NCBI GenBank assembly: GCA_963716755.1
Contig: CAVQUD010000009.1
Coordinates: forward strand, 15,477 to 79,476
Direction of reading: 5' to 3'
Origin: Blastocatellia bacterium
Lineage (GTDB): Bacteria; Acidobacteriota; Blastocatellia; Pyrinomonadales; Pyrinomonadaceae
DNA: 64,000 bases
Shown here: positions 11,440-19,703 of the stretch, in pieces
Layout of the letters: every line of letters starts with the position of its first letter
Numbering within the stretch: position 1 is the stretch's first letter
Position numbers and translations under genes: made by a program
The notes under the pieces: model-generated
Databases searched by the model: none
The model's input: the letters and a program-made list of their open reading frames with translations, nothing else
What the model was told of the DNA's origin: nothing

Positions 11440-12066
11440 TCAGCCCGCCTTGCGTGCAACATCGGCAAAGCTATCGCCGCGGAAGAAGGCGGCGACGGCG
11501 CGGAAGAGCTTTCGCACGGCCCGCATAACCTTTGGAAAGAACCAGATAAAGAACAGCAGGAAGATGATCAGCACCGCCGCGATGACCATCGGTGCGAACA
11601 CCGCGAGCACCACGCCGATCAGGACGATGCCGTCCTCGACGAACGAAAGAGCCCAATTTGATACCGGCTCGGGCGAGAAATTCGCTCCGACGCGTGCCGC
11701 CGCCTTTGTGCCATGCGATGCAAATGCCAGAGAGCCGCCGACCAACGTCGCCGGTATCGTTATACTCGGATCGAGTTGATTCGTCGCCGCATAAGCAACT
11801 ATCGCCCCGGCCGGTACGCGGATGAAGGTGTGAACGACATCCCAAACGCTGTCGACATACGGTATCTTGTCGGCGAAAAACTCGACCAGATACAGCCCGC
11901 CCGCAAAACCGATGATCCACCAATTATCGAGCACGTCGAGGCCGCCGGGCAGTTTGGTCGCGCCGAACTTTTGCAGCAGGCCGAGGACGCTGACTGTCGC
12001 ATACAGGTTGATCCCGCTGGTCCAGGCGGTGCCGAGGGCTAAACTAATTGTTGAGAACCATTCCAT
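11440..12066 (-). CDS. DUF4126 family membrane protein
   Basis: Intact 208-aa ORF: MEWFSTISLALGTAWTSGINLYATVSVLGLL...LVEFFADKIPYVDSVWDVVHTFIRVPAGA. Several TM segments. Confidence 0.8.
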   Translation of the reverse strand: MEWFSTISLALGTAWTSGINLYATVSVLGLLQKFGATKLPGGLDVLDNWWIIGFAGGLYLVEFFADKIPYVDSVWDVVHTFIRVPAGAIVAYAATNQLDPSITIPATLVGGSLAFASHGTKAAARVGANFSPEPVSNWALSFVEDGIVLIGVVLAVFAPMVIAAVLIIFLLFFIWFFPKVMRAVRKLFRAVAAFFRGDSFADVARKAG

Positions 12067-12075
12067 AGCGTTCTA

Positions 12076-12104
12076 AGGGGCGAGGGACAAGGGACGAGGG
12101 CTAG
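12076..12104. repeat. arm of a 29-bp inverted repeat flanking the four-helix-bundle gene (four tandem GGGRCRA heptamers)
   Basis: AGGGGCGAGGGACAAGGGACGAGGGCTAG is complementary to 12487-12515 at 28 of 29 positions. Its CTAG end supplies the TAG stop of the 4HB gene. Confidence 0.9.
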
Positions 12105-12481
12105 TTGCTTCCCGCGGCGCGGGACATCAGCGACCTTCTCAATGCGTTAAGCATCTTCCTTACCTCTGTCATCAATTCGAAACAGGGAATCATTTCCTCG
12201 CGATTACAATACCCCAGTTCAACCGAAATGATTACTTGAGTGTCGAGCTCGGCAAGGGAACCTTCAGCGTTCGAAACGAAACGGACATAGTCGCCTGTCG
12301 TCCGACGCGCCTGCCCTTCGGCAATGTTCGACGGGACTGAGACAGCGGCACGGCGCATTTGCGAAGTGAGACCGAATTTTTCTTCGGATGGAAACGTGGC
12401 CGTAAGGCGGTAAGTGAGCTTCACGAGCGCAATGCTTTTTTGCCAAACAACCAGGTCCTTATAGCTCCCACCTTCAGCCAT
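12101..12481 (-). CDS. four-helix-bundle protein (23S rRNA intervening-sequence protein / Avd-like family)
   Basis: 126 aa. YKDLVVWQKSIALVKLTYRLTATFPSEEKFGLTSQMRRAAVSVPSNIAEGQARRTTGDYVRFVSNAEGSLAELDTQV is the typical signature of this family. Confidence 0.85.
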   Translation of the reverse strand: MAEGGSYKDLVVWQKSIALVKLTYRLTATFPSEEKFGLTSQMRRAAVSVPSNIAEGQARRTTGDYVRFVSNAEGSLAELDTQVIISVELGYCNREEMIPCFELMTEVRKMLNALRRSLMSRAAGSN

Positions 12482-12486
12482 GAAAA

Positions 12487-12515
12487 CTAGCCCTCGTCCC
12501 TTGTCCCTTGCCCCT
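12487..12515. repeat. second arm of the 29-bp inverted repeat
   Basis: CTAGCCCTCGTCCCTTGTCCCTTGCCCCT. On the minus strand it encodes the response-regulator tail EGQGTRDEG plus its TAG stop. Confidence 0.9.
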
Positions 12516-13851
12516 CAAGATCGTCTTTCTTGAAACCGAACTTCTCCAATCGATATTGTAGCGTTCTAAACGTCAATCCTAACAGTTTTGCGGACTTTGT
12601 GATGTTGTTATCAGTGCGTTCCATCGCCTGCATTATCAGGCTGCGTTCGACGTCCTCGAAGTTTACGCCGTCGGGCGGCAGGGTGAATAGATCGCCTTCG
12701 CCTGATGAGGCAGAGCGGGCGGTGCCGTTGGTCATCTCGGGCGGCAGGTCGTCCATGGTTACCTTGTCGTCCTCGCAAAGGAGGATCGCGCGTTCGAGGG
12801 CAGACTCAAGCTGGCGGACGTTGCCCGGATAAGAATAATCGTCGAGCAGCCGGCGAGCGTCGGGCGAGAAACTGATCTTTCGGCTCGTGCCGCGTGTGTG
12901 CTTTTTGACGAAATATTCGATCAGCACGGGCACGTCAGTGCGGCGTTCGCGCAGGGCGGGAAGCTCGATCGACAGGACGTTGAGTCGATAGTAGAGATCC
13001 TCGCGAAAGCGCTTCTCGCCGACCATGTGCAGCAGGTCGCGATTTGTCGCGGCAACGACGCGGACGTCAACATTCAGCTCGCGAGTACCGCCGACGCGGC
13101 GGATCTGTTTCTCCTGTAACGCACGCAATATCTTTGCCTGCAGCGAGATGTCTAGCTCTCCGATCTCGTCGAGAAAAAGCGTACCCTTATCGGCGATCTC
13201 AAACAGCCCCTTTTTGTCGGAAACCGCACCGGTGAACGAGCCTTTTTCATGACCGAACAGCTCGCTTTCGAGCAGGTTTTCATTGATCGCCGCACAGTTG
13301 ACGGCCTGAAACGCCTCGTTCGAACGCGGGCTGTTGGCGTGGATCGAGCGGGCGATCAGTTCCTTTCCCGTGCCCGATTCGCCGCGGATGAGGACGGTCG
13401 AATTTGATTTCGCGATCTTGAGGATCAGCTTCTTGATCTTGTCCATCTCCGGCGAGACCGAGATGATCTCAGCGTCGAGCGTGGTGAGCTTCTTTAACGC
13501 TCGCGAAACGGTATCGAGCAGCTTTGAGCTGTCGTAGGGTTTTTGGAGATACTCAAATGCCCCGAGCCGCATCGCGTCCACTGCCGAATCGACCGAACCG
13601 TGAGCGGTGAGCAGGATGACGATGATCGATTTGTCGTAATCGGTGAGGGACTTTAGCAGATCGAGGCCGCTCATGCCCGTCATCTTGAGGTCGGTCAGTA
13701 CGAGGTCGAAGTGCCGGTCGGCGACAAATTTCATCGCCGCTTCGCCCGACGAAGCGGTCGTCACATCGTAACCTTCGCCCGACAGGATCGTCTCGAGTAT
13801 CTCTCGCTGATTCTTCTCGTCATCGACGACGAGGATTGATTTTCTTGCCAT
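12487..13851 (-). CDS. sigma-54-dependent response regulator (NtrC family: REC + AAA+ + HTH)
   Basis: MARKSILVVDDEKNQREIL (REC). Walker A GESGTGKE. GAFTGA-type loop EKGSFTGA. C-terminal HTH NITKSAKLLGLTFRTLQYRLEKFG. Start chosen at ATG 13851 rather than the ORF-track 13896. Confidence 0.9.
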   Translation of the reverse strand: MARKSILVVDDEKNQREILETILSGEGYDVTTASSGEAAMKFVADRHFDLVLTDLKMTGMSGLDLLKSLTDYDKSIIVILLTAHGSVDSAVDAMRLGAFEYLQKPYDSSKLLDTVSRALKKLTTLDAEIISVSPEMDKIKKLILKIAKSNSTVLIRGESGTGKELIARSIHANSPRSNEAFQAVNCAAINENLLESELFGHEKGSFTGAVSDKKGLFEIADKGTLFLDEIGELDISLQAKILRALQEKQIRRVGGTRELNVDVRVVAATNRDLLHMVGEKRFREDLYYRLNVLSIELPALRERRTDVPVLIEYFVKKHTRGTSRKISFSPDARRLLDDYSYPGNVRQLESALERAILLCEDDKVTMDDLPPEMTNGTARSASSGEGDLFTLPPDGVNFEDVERSLIMQAMERTDNNITKSAKLLGLTFRTLQYRLEKFGFKKDDLEGQGTRDEG

Positions 13852-13860
13852 AAAAAGAGT

Positions 13861-13933
13861 AACCACGAAATGACACGAAATAGCACAAAATACCAAATCA
13901 CGGTTTAGTGGATTTTCGTGTTATTTCGTGGTT
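13861..13933. repeat. intercistronic palindrome with 10-nt periodic arms (CACGAAATRR units) between the HK and RR genes
   Basis: 13861-13881 AACCACGAAATGACACGAAAT pairs with 13912-13933 ATTTTCGTGTTATTTCGTGGTT (about 20 bp, one G-U). The HK stop at 13921-13923 lies inside one arm. The RR ATG lies 9 nt beyond the other arm. Confidence 0.8.
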
Positions 13934-15432
13934 TCTGCTTCCGCCTTCGGTAATTTTACCGTAAATTTCGTCCCCTCACCTTGCGTAGATTCCACTTCGA
14001 TCGTGCCGTGATGCACCTCGACGATCTTTTGGACGATGGCGAGGCCCAGGCCGGTGCCTGTTTCTTTTGTCGAGAAGTAAGGCTCGAATATCTTTGAGAG
14101 GCTTTCTTCGTTAATGCCGTTGCCTGTGTCGGCGACCTCGAACACGACGGCCTGTCCGTCATCGGACGGAGAGATCTTGACATTTAGGTGACCGCCGCCC
14201 GACTCCATCGCCTGGATGGCGTTGATGAAGAGGTTATTGAAGACGGATCGCAGGAACTCACCGTCGGCCAGGATCTGCGGCACATTCTCGTGCTCGATGA
14301 TACTTATCTTGATGTTCTTCTCAGCCGCTTGAGGCTCCGCAATCCTGAGGCTGTCGTCGATCACCTTGCGGGCGTCTGTCGGCTGAAGGTTTGCCTTTGC
14401 GGGCCGGGAGTAGTTGAGAAAATCTGATATCTGCTGATCGATCCGCGCGACCTCGGCCTTTAACTGCGAGGTCAGCTTTTCAAACACAGCCTTGTCCTTC
14501 TCGTCGCCCGGGGCGAACTTGAGCCGCATGTGGTCGAGCGTCAGGTTGATGTAGTTCAGCGGATTGCGTATCTCGTGGGCGATCGCGGAGCCGAGCCGAC
14601 CGACGACAGCGCTCTTCTCGGCCTGTTGGAGTTGGGCTTCGAGGTCGCGTTTCTTCTCGAGTTCACTGGTCATCTCGTTGAACCGCTGCGCGAGCCGCCC
14701 GATCTCATCGTTGCGGTCGGCGTCGGGCACGCGAACGTGCAGATCGCCGCCCGCGACCTGACGCGCGGCATCGGCGAGGTTCGAGATCGGCCGTCCAAAC
14801 CGCCAAACGAGAAGGAACGTGATGATCGACGACACCAGCAGCACGCCGAGCGTATAAACGAGCGGACGAGCGGCTCGCCAGCGGGCCAGCGTTTTGTCAT
14901 TTTTGAGCAGGACCATCACGTACCAGCGGCCCTGGCTGGTCTCGATGGGAATGGCGTGGGCCTCATCGGTCTGGTTTTTATTGTCGCCGGTCAGCGGATT
15001 TGGGAAATTCTTCAGGTCATCGCCGATGCGCGAGCTTTCCATGAGCGGCGGCAGGCCCTGGATGTCGCCGATCTTTTTCAAGACGATCTCGTCGTTCTCG
15101 CCGGTCTCGGGCAGATAGTTGGGATTCAGGCTGTCGGTGATCCGGAATTCATTATCGATGATGATTATGTCCTTGATCCGTTCCTTTGTGGCCGCGTCAA
15201 AATATGTCTGGTCGGTCTCATCGACGAGATCCTGGATACGCTTGTCCTTCATCGGTATCGACGTAAATCCGAGCGTAATGCCTGCGACCAGGGCCTGTTC
15301 CTGAGCTTCGCGCAGCTCGTTGTTCTCGTCCTGCGTCAGCAGGTTGAGGTAATACTGCACGCCGAGCGTCGCCATCAGCAGAACGGCGAGAATGAGCAGT
15401 AATCGACCGCGAAACGTGTTGAAGAAGGTCAT
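13921..15432 (-). CDS. sensor histidine kinase (two TM segments, HAMP, HisKA, HATPase)
   Basis: 503 aa. HAMP ISNLADAARQVAGGDLHVRV..EIGRLAQRFNEM. H-box GSAIAHEIRNPLNYI. N box FNNLFINAIQA. G boxes VADTGNGI and GTGLGLAIV. Confidence 0.9.
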   Translation of the reverse strand: MTFFNTFRGRLLLILAVLLMATLGVQYYLNLLTQDENNELREAQEQALVAGITLGFTSIPMKDKRIQDLVDETDQTYFDAATKERIKDIIIIDNEFRITDSLNPNYLPETGENDEIVLKKIGDIQGLPPLMESSRIGDDLKNFPNPLTGDNKNQTDEAHAIPIETSQGRWYVMVLLKNDKTLARWRAARPLVYTLGVLLVSSIITFLLVWRFGRPISNLADAARQVAGGDLHVRVPDADRNDEIGRLAQRFNEMTSELEKKRDLEAQLQQAEKSAVVGRLGSAIAHEIRNPLNYINLTLDHMRLKFAPGDEKDKAVFEKLTSQLKAEVARIDQQISDFLNYSRPAKANLQPTDARKVIDDSLRIAEPQAAEKNIKISIIEHENVPQILADGEFLRSVFNNLFINAIQAMESGGGHLNVKISPSDDGQAVVFEVADTGNGINEESLSKIFEPYFSTKETGTGLGLAIVQKIVEVHHGTIEVESTQGEGTKFTVKLPKAEAETTK

Positions 15433-15601
15433 TCAGTTCAGTAAGCGTTGATTATGGCATCTATAAAAAGAGCTTGCCTCGCCCTAACTTGGATGCTATA
15501 GTTTACGATAGTTTTTCTGTAAAACGCCTGAGACGGCTAACTTATCGGTTCCCGGCCGCCTCGCTCAATAACGATAAATCTCTTCCGACCTGAGGTAAAG
15601 C

Positions 15602-17228
15602 ATGAAATTTATGTTCCCGAGAGTGTCTTTTGCCGCATTTTTGATCGCGGTCGTCAGCCTTTTGTTCGTCGCGTCCGGCTCGGCATCGGCCCAGGCCCGA
15701 AAGTCGGCTAAGGACAATAAGAAGAAGGCGATAGCCGCAAAGAACGACAAAAAGGTAAAGGACACTAAGAAGGAACGGGCCAAACAGACGGCCAAGAATG
15801 CCCGGGACAAGAAGAGCAAGAAAGAGACCACGAAAGAGAAAGAACGCGGTCGCTTGGCAGATGCTAAGGCGAAGAAGGACACGAAAGGAAAGGACTCGAA
15901 GTCCAAGGTCTCGCGAGCTGAGCAACGCAAGGCCGAGGCCGAACGCCGTCGTAAAGATGCCGAGCGCCGTGCCGCCATCGAGGCCGAACGCCGTCGTAGA
16001 GAACAAGCTCGCCGTGAGGCAATTGCGAGAGCTATCGCTTTTGAACGCGGCCTGAGGACCGAGACTGTCGCAAACATTTCAAAAGACGCGACCGAGGGCG
16101 AAGACCTGAACATTCGCGCGGCGGCGGTCAATGCACTTGGTGAGAATGCGGGATCTGTCGTCGTGATGGAGGCCCAGACCGGCAAGGTCGTCACGATCGT
16201 GAATCAGGATTGGGCCGTGCGCAGCGGTATCAAACCGTGTTCGACGATAAAGCTCGTGACCGGTGTGGCGGGATTGAGCGAGGGCTCGATCAATAAAGAG
16301 GACGGCTCGCTAAAGACGCCGTCGCGGCTTGCCGCTTGACGACGCTCTCGCATTCTCAAACAACGGTTACTTTCAGCATGCGGGCGTGAAATTTGGCAGC
16401 GATAAGATGATCGGCTATGCCAAAAAGCTTGGCCTTGGCGAGCCCACGGGCATCAATCTAGAGGGCGAATACGCGGGCAAATTGCCCTACGGCAACAACA
16501 ATCCGCGGATCTATTCGCACGGTGACGATTTTGAGGTCACGGGCGTGCAGCTTGCGGTCATGGTCTCGGCGATCTCTAACGGCGGCAAGCGTGTGCTGCC
16601 GCGCGTGCCGCGTAACACGGTCGAAAAAGCCAATTTCCAGACCTTTTATCGAGCAAATGTTGAACTGCCGTCGCCTAATGTTCGTCGAGTGATCCCCGGA
16701 ATGATGGGTGCGGCCTCATACGGCACGGCCCGACGCGGAATGGACCAGAACTTTGGCGTCGCCGGCAAGACTGGTTCGTGCATTAGTAAAGGAACGTGGG
16801 TCGGCCTGTTTGCCTCGGTCGCTCCGATCGAGCAGCCGAAATACGCCGTCGTTGTTATCACGCGCGGCCAGCGTCAGCGCGGGCGGATCGCCGCAGGTGT
16901 TGCGGCCCGGATCTATCAGGCACTGAGCGGCAACATTATTCGCACTAACCGCAATCTCGCCCAGACCGAATTCAACATCCAACCGAAACGCACACTCGAT
17001 GTGACCACGGCCAAGATCGCCGACGAAGAAGATGACGACACGGCTGAAGGGCAGAATGTCGATATAGTGAATGGCGGCGTTATCATTGTACCGAGCGTTC
17101 CGCGCGAGACGGTGCCGAAAAAGCTCATCACCAAGACCGGCAGCTCGAAGCCCATTTTTTCGCCGGTCGTGATCACATACGACAAAGGGGGCAAAGAAAC
17201 GACGCAGTCCGGTCCGCAGAAACCATAG
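15602..17228 (+). CDS. penicillin-binding-protein-type transpeptidase with a Lys/Arg/Glu-rich N-terminal extension; frameshift near 16330
   Basis: Signal/TM MKFMFPRVSFAAFLIAVVSLLFVASGSASA. SxxK (CSTIK) in ORF 15602..16339. SxN (FSNNGYF) and KTG (AGKTGS) in ORF 16329..17228. Confidence 0.75.
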
Positions 17229-17258
17229 TCGCGGAACATAAGCGAAAGTTCATCTCAG

Positions 17259-17291
17259 CGTCCTCGGCGTGGCAGGTCCATGCCGAGGACG
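17259..17291 (+). terminator. stem-loop downstream of the transpeptidase gene
   Basis: CGTCCTCGGC (17259-17268) pairs with GCCGAGGACG (17282-17291). The following T tract is weak (TGTGGTTT). Confidence 0.5.
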
Positions 17292-17329
17292 TGTGGTTTA
17301 AATTTGCCTCAAGGACTTCGTGTTTCGGC

Positions 17330-17358
17330 TTGACAGGATAGTGGCCTTACGGGATTAT
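17330..17358 (+). promoter_or_regulatory. possible sigma-70-type promoter for the 17538 gene
   Basis: TTGACA (17330-17335), 17 nt, then GATTAT (17353-17358). This would give a ~175-nt leader. Identified by eye only. Confidence 0.3.
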
Positions 17359-17537
17359 ATTAGCTTTTCAAAAGTTTTCTTTTGATTGCAAATTTTATTA
17401 AATGATCGGAGCTTGCCCTGCCGAACTTTTAGCAACTTTTTCGATGGGGTTAACATCTGATTTGCTGCGGAATCGGGAAGCCAGTCTCCCCCGCGATCGA
17501 GTTTGAAATATTGGGATCCACCCGAGGAAGGAAGTAG

Positions 17538-18869
17538 ATGAAAACGATCTATAGATACGCGAATGTTGGCCTGTTAGTGGCCGTAATACTTGCACTGGGA
17601 GCTGTGGCGGGTATCGCACAGGACGCGTGCGGCGACGATGAAGCGACCGCCACGGCGCGAAACGCAGCAGGCGATAAGGTCCGCGCTGATTTTGCTGTGT
17701 ACGGTACGACCAAAAGCCTTGATGAGAAAGGCAAGATGATCGACAATGCGAAAGCATTTCTTGACAAATATCAGGCCTGCGCTCAGACGAAGGATCTCCT
17801 GGATTACCTCAAGCAGTACGTTCCGGGAATGGAGACCGCGCTTAAGGCAGCCCGACTTCAGGCGGAAAAAGATGCCGTGGTAAAGCCATTTACTGGAGCA
17901 CTTGACGCCAAGAAATGGGATGAAGCAATGGCCGCGGGCAAGAAAGTTCTTGAGAAATATCCTGAGGATTACCGCTCGGTCGAGATCGCCCTCGCTGCCC
18001 TCGCAGGTGAAGAAGCGACGATGAAGAGTAACTTCAAGTATGCCGAGGACGGGATCCGTTACGGTAAACTTTCGATTGCGGACATCGAGGCAGGAAAGTC
18101 TTTTGTAGTGGATAAAAAGACGCTGTATGGCCTTATCAAACCGGGCGTCTATAACTTCGGTTTCGCGACGAAAGAGGACGCTCTAGGGTGGCTAAATTAC
18201 TATATTGGCTACATCATGGCTGTCGGTCAGAAGAATAAGGCGGGAGCTTTGCCGTATCTCTACAAGGCCAGCCAGGCAGTCGGTTCCGAAACGTCGAAGA
18301 GGTCGTTTCCGTACGACGTGATTGGCGGCTTCTACTTTGAGCAGCTTGAAAAGGCCTTTGCCGAGAACAAGGCATTGATCGATTCCCAGAGCGATACCGA
18401 TACTGAAGAAGTTCGAAAACAGAAGATCGACGCGATTCAGGCTAACGTAGCAATGACAAAAGGGATCGCCGAACGTGCAATTGACGCGTTTGCCCGGGCC
18501 CACAATATGGAGAAGGATCCGGCCGTCAAGAAACTACTGAAGGCGAATGTCGAAAAGGCGTTCACCGTGCGGTTCGGTAAAACCGATGGGGTCGATGCGT
18601 GGATGGCAAGTGCTATCGCTAAACCATTCGTGAATCCGACGACACCGGTTACTCCGATCATCGAGGCTGCTCCGGCGGCAACGACACCGGCGACAACGAC
18701 ACCGGCGTCGACAACTGCGGGTCCAAAGACGACATCGACGGGCCCGGCGACGACGAAGCCAGCCGTGAGCCCGGCGACGAAGCCGGCGGCTTCGCCCGCG
18801 GGCAAGCCTGCCAGCGGCACCAAGCCCTCGGCGACGGTCAAAAAGGTGGTCAAGCGGAAGGCTGCGTAA
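17538..18869 (+). CDS. secreted hypothetical protein with a Pro/Thr/Ala-rich C-terminal tail
   Basis: Intact 443-aa ORF. N-terminal hydrophobic segment YANVGLLVAVILALGAVAGIAQ. Tail PTTPVTPIIEAAPAATTPATTTPASTTAGPKTTSTGPATTKPAVSPATKPAASPAGKPASGTKP. Purine-rich GGAAGGAAG lies before the ATG. Confidence 0.65.
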   Translation: MKTIYRYANVGLLVAVILALGAVAGIAQDACGDDEATATARNAAGDKVRADFAVYGTTKSLDEKGKMIDNAKAFLDKYQACAQTKDLLDYLKQYVPGMETALKAARLQAEKDAVVKPFTGALDAKKWDEAMAAGKKVLEKYPEDYRSVEIALAALAGEEATMKSNFKYAEDGIRYGKLSIADIEAGKSFVVDKKTLYGLIKPGVYNFGFATKEDALGWLNYYIGYIMAVGQKNKAGALPYLYKASQAVGSETSKRSFPYDVIGGFYFEQLEKAFAENKALIDSQSDTDTEEVRKQKIDAIQANVAMTKGIAERAIDAFARAHNMEKDPAVKKLLKANVEKAFTVRFGKTDGVDAWMASAIAKPFVNPTTPVTPIIEAAPAATTPATTTPASTTAGPKTTSTGPATTKPAVSPATKPAASPAGKPASGTKPSATVKKVVKRKAA

Positions 18870-18892
18870 CTCGACGGATCGCGTATCAAGTT

Positions 18893-18931
18893 AAAGCCGG
18901 ACGGCCAAAATGGCGTCCGGCTTTCTTTTTC
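18893..18931 (+). terminator. rho-independent terminator
   Basis: AAAGCCGGACG, a 10-nt loop, CGTCCGGCTTT, then CTTTTTC. Confidence 0.7.
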
Positions 18932-18948
18932 GCTAGAATTAGCACTCG

Positions 18949-19677
18949 ATGGAGGCGCGGCTCGCACGACTCGAAAGCAAGATCGGATACTCGTTCACGG
19001 ACATCCGGCTGCTTGAACGGGCCCTGACGCACCGGTCATGGGCCTTTGAGAGTTTGCCGGGGGCCGATGACGATCAGGTACGCGAGATCGAGAACGAGCC
19101 CATTGAGTTTTTGGGTGACTCGGTTCTGGGCCTCGCGGTCGCCGAGCATCTCTACAAATCGCGGCCTAACGCGAGCGAGGGCGACCTGACGCTGATGAAG
19201 CATGCCCTCGTCAGTACCGCGACGCTGGCGATCGTTGCCGACAGATTGAAATTGGGCGACTTTGTCCGCTTTGGCCGCGGCGAAGAGAAGACCGGCGGGC
19301 GCAAGAAGCAAGCGTTGCTCGCGAATACGCTTGAGGCGGTGATCGGCGCGATATTTATTGACGGCGGTTACGTGCCTGCGAGGCATTTTATCGCAACGCT
19401 CTTTGCCGAGGAATTGAAAACAGCGTCGCCAAAGACGTCGATGGATTTTAAGACGCTGCTGCAGGAGGTGCTGCAGTCGACCGGCGGCTCGACGCCGAGC
19501 TACAGCGTCGTAAAGACCGACGGGCCGCCGCACTCGCGCACCTTCTATGTCGAGGCCGTCTGGGATGGCGGCAAGGCCGACGGGTACGGCCCATCGATCA
19601 AGGCCGCCGAGATGATGGCCGCGTCGGAAGCGCTCGAAATGCTCAAAAAAGGTGGTAAACCAGAACGTGAGACCTAA
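18949..19677 (+). CDS. rnc: ribonuclease III
   Basis: ERALTHRSW, the RNase III signature NEPIEFLGDSVLGLAVAEHLY, and a C-terminal dsRBD (DFKTLLQEVLQ..GPPHSRTFYVEAV). Confidence 0.9.
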   Translation: MEARLARLESKIGYSFTDIRLLERALTHRSWAFESLPGADDDQVREIENEPIEFLGDSVLGLAVAEHLYKSRPNASEGDLTLMKHALVSTATLAIVADRLKLGDFVRFGRGEEKTGGRKKQALLANTLEAVIGAIFIDGGYVPARHFIATLFAEELKTASPKTSMDFKTLLQEVLQSTGGSTPSYSVVKTDGPPHSRTFYVEAVWDGGKADGYGPSIKAAEMMAASEALEMLKKGGKPERET

Positions 19678-19703
19678 GCCTTGCGTATCAGACATTAGGA
19701 CCT

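Noticed and set aside
10500-12100. The GC shift at 10.5 kb as the edge of a horizontally acquired island
   Set aside because: Both flanking genes are truncated at the same point. No integrase, tRNA, direct repeat or IS is present. The low-GC side is 53 kb of core housekeeping genes, and indel density differs between the sides. A chimeric or artificial join fits better.
12101-12481. The four-helix-bundle gene as the Avd component of a diversity-generating retroelement
   Set aside because: No reverse transcriptase gene and no template/variable repeat pair are visible anywhere in the window. Stand-alone copies of this family are common.
14530-15402. 290-aa plus-strand ORF opposite the histidine kinase gene
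   Set aside because: The minus strand encodes a complete HAMP/HisKA/HATPase kinase. The antisense ORF has no recognisable features.
15455-15477. TGGCAT ... TTGC upstream of the kinase/PBP divergent region, as a sigma-54 promoter
   Set aside because: The GG-to-GC spacing is 20 nt instead of 12, which is incompatible with sigma-54 geometry.
15542-16194. Two long minus-strand ORFs (154 and 209 aa) opposite the 5' part of the PBP gene
   Set aside because: They mirror the low-complexity Lys/Arg/Glu-coding region (AAG/GAA/CGN-rich), which is stop-free on the opposite strand by composition alone.
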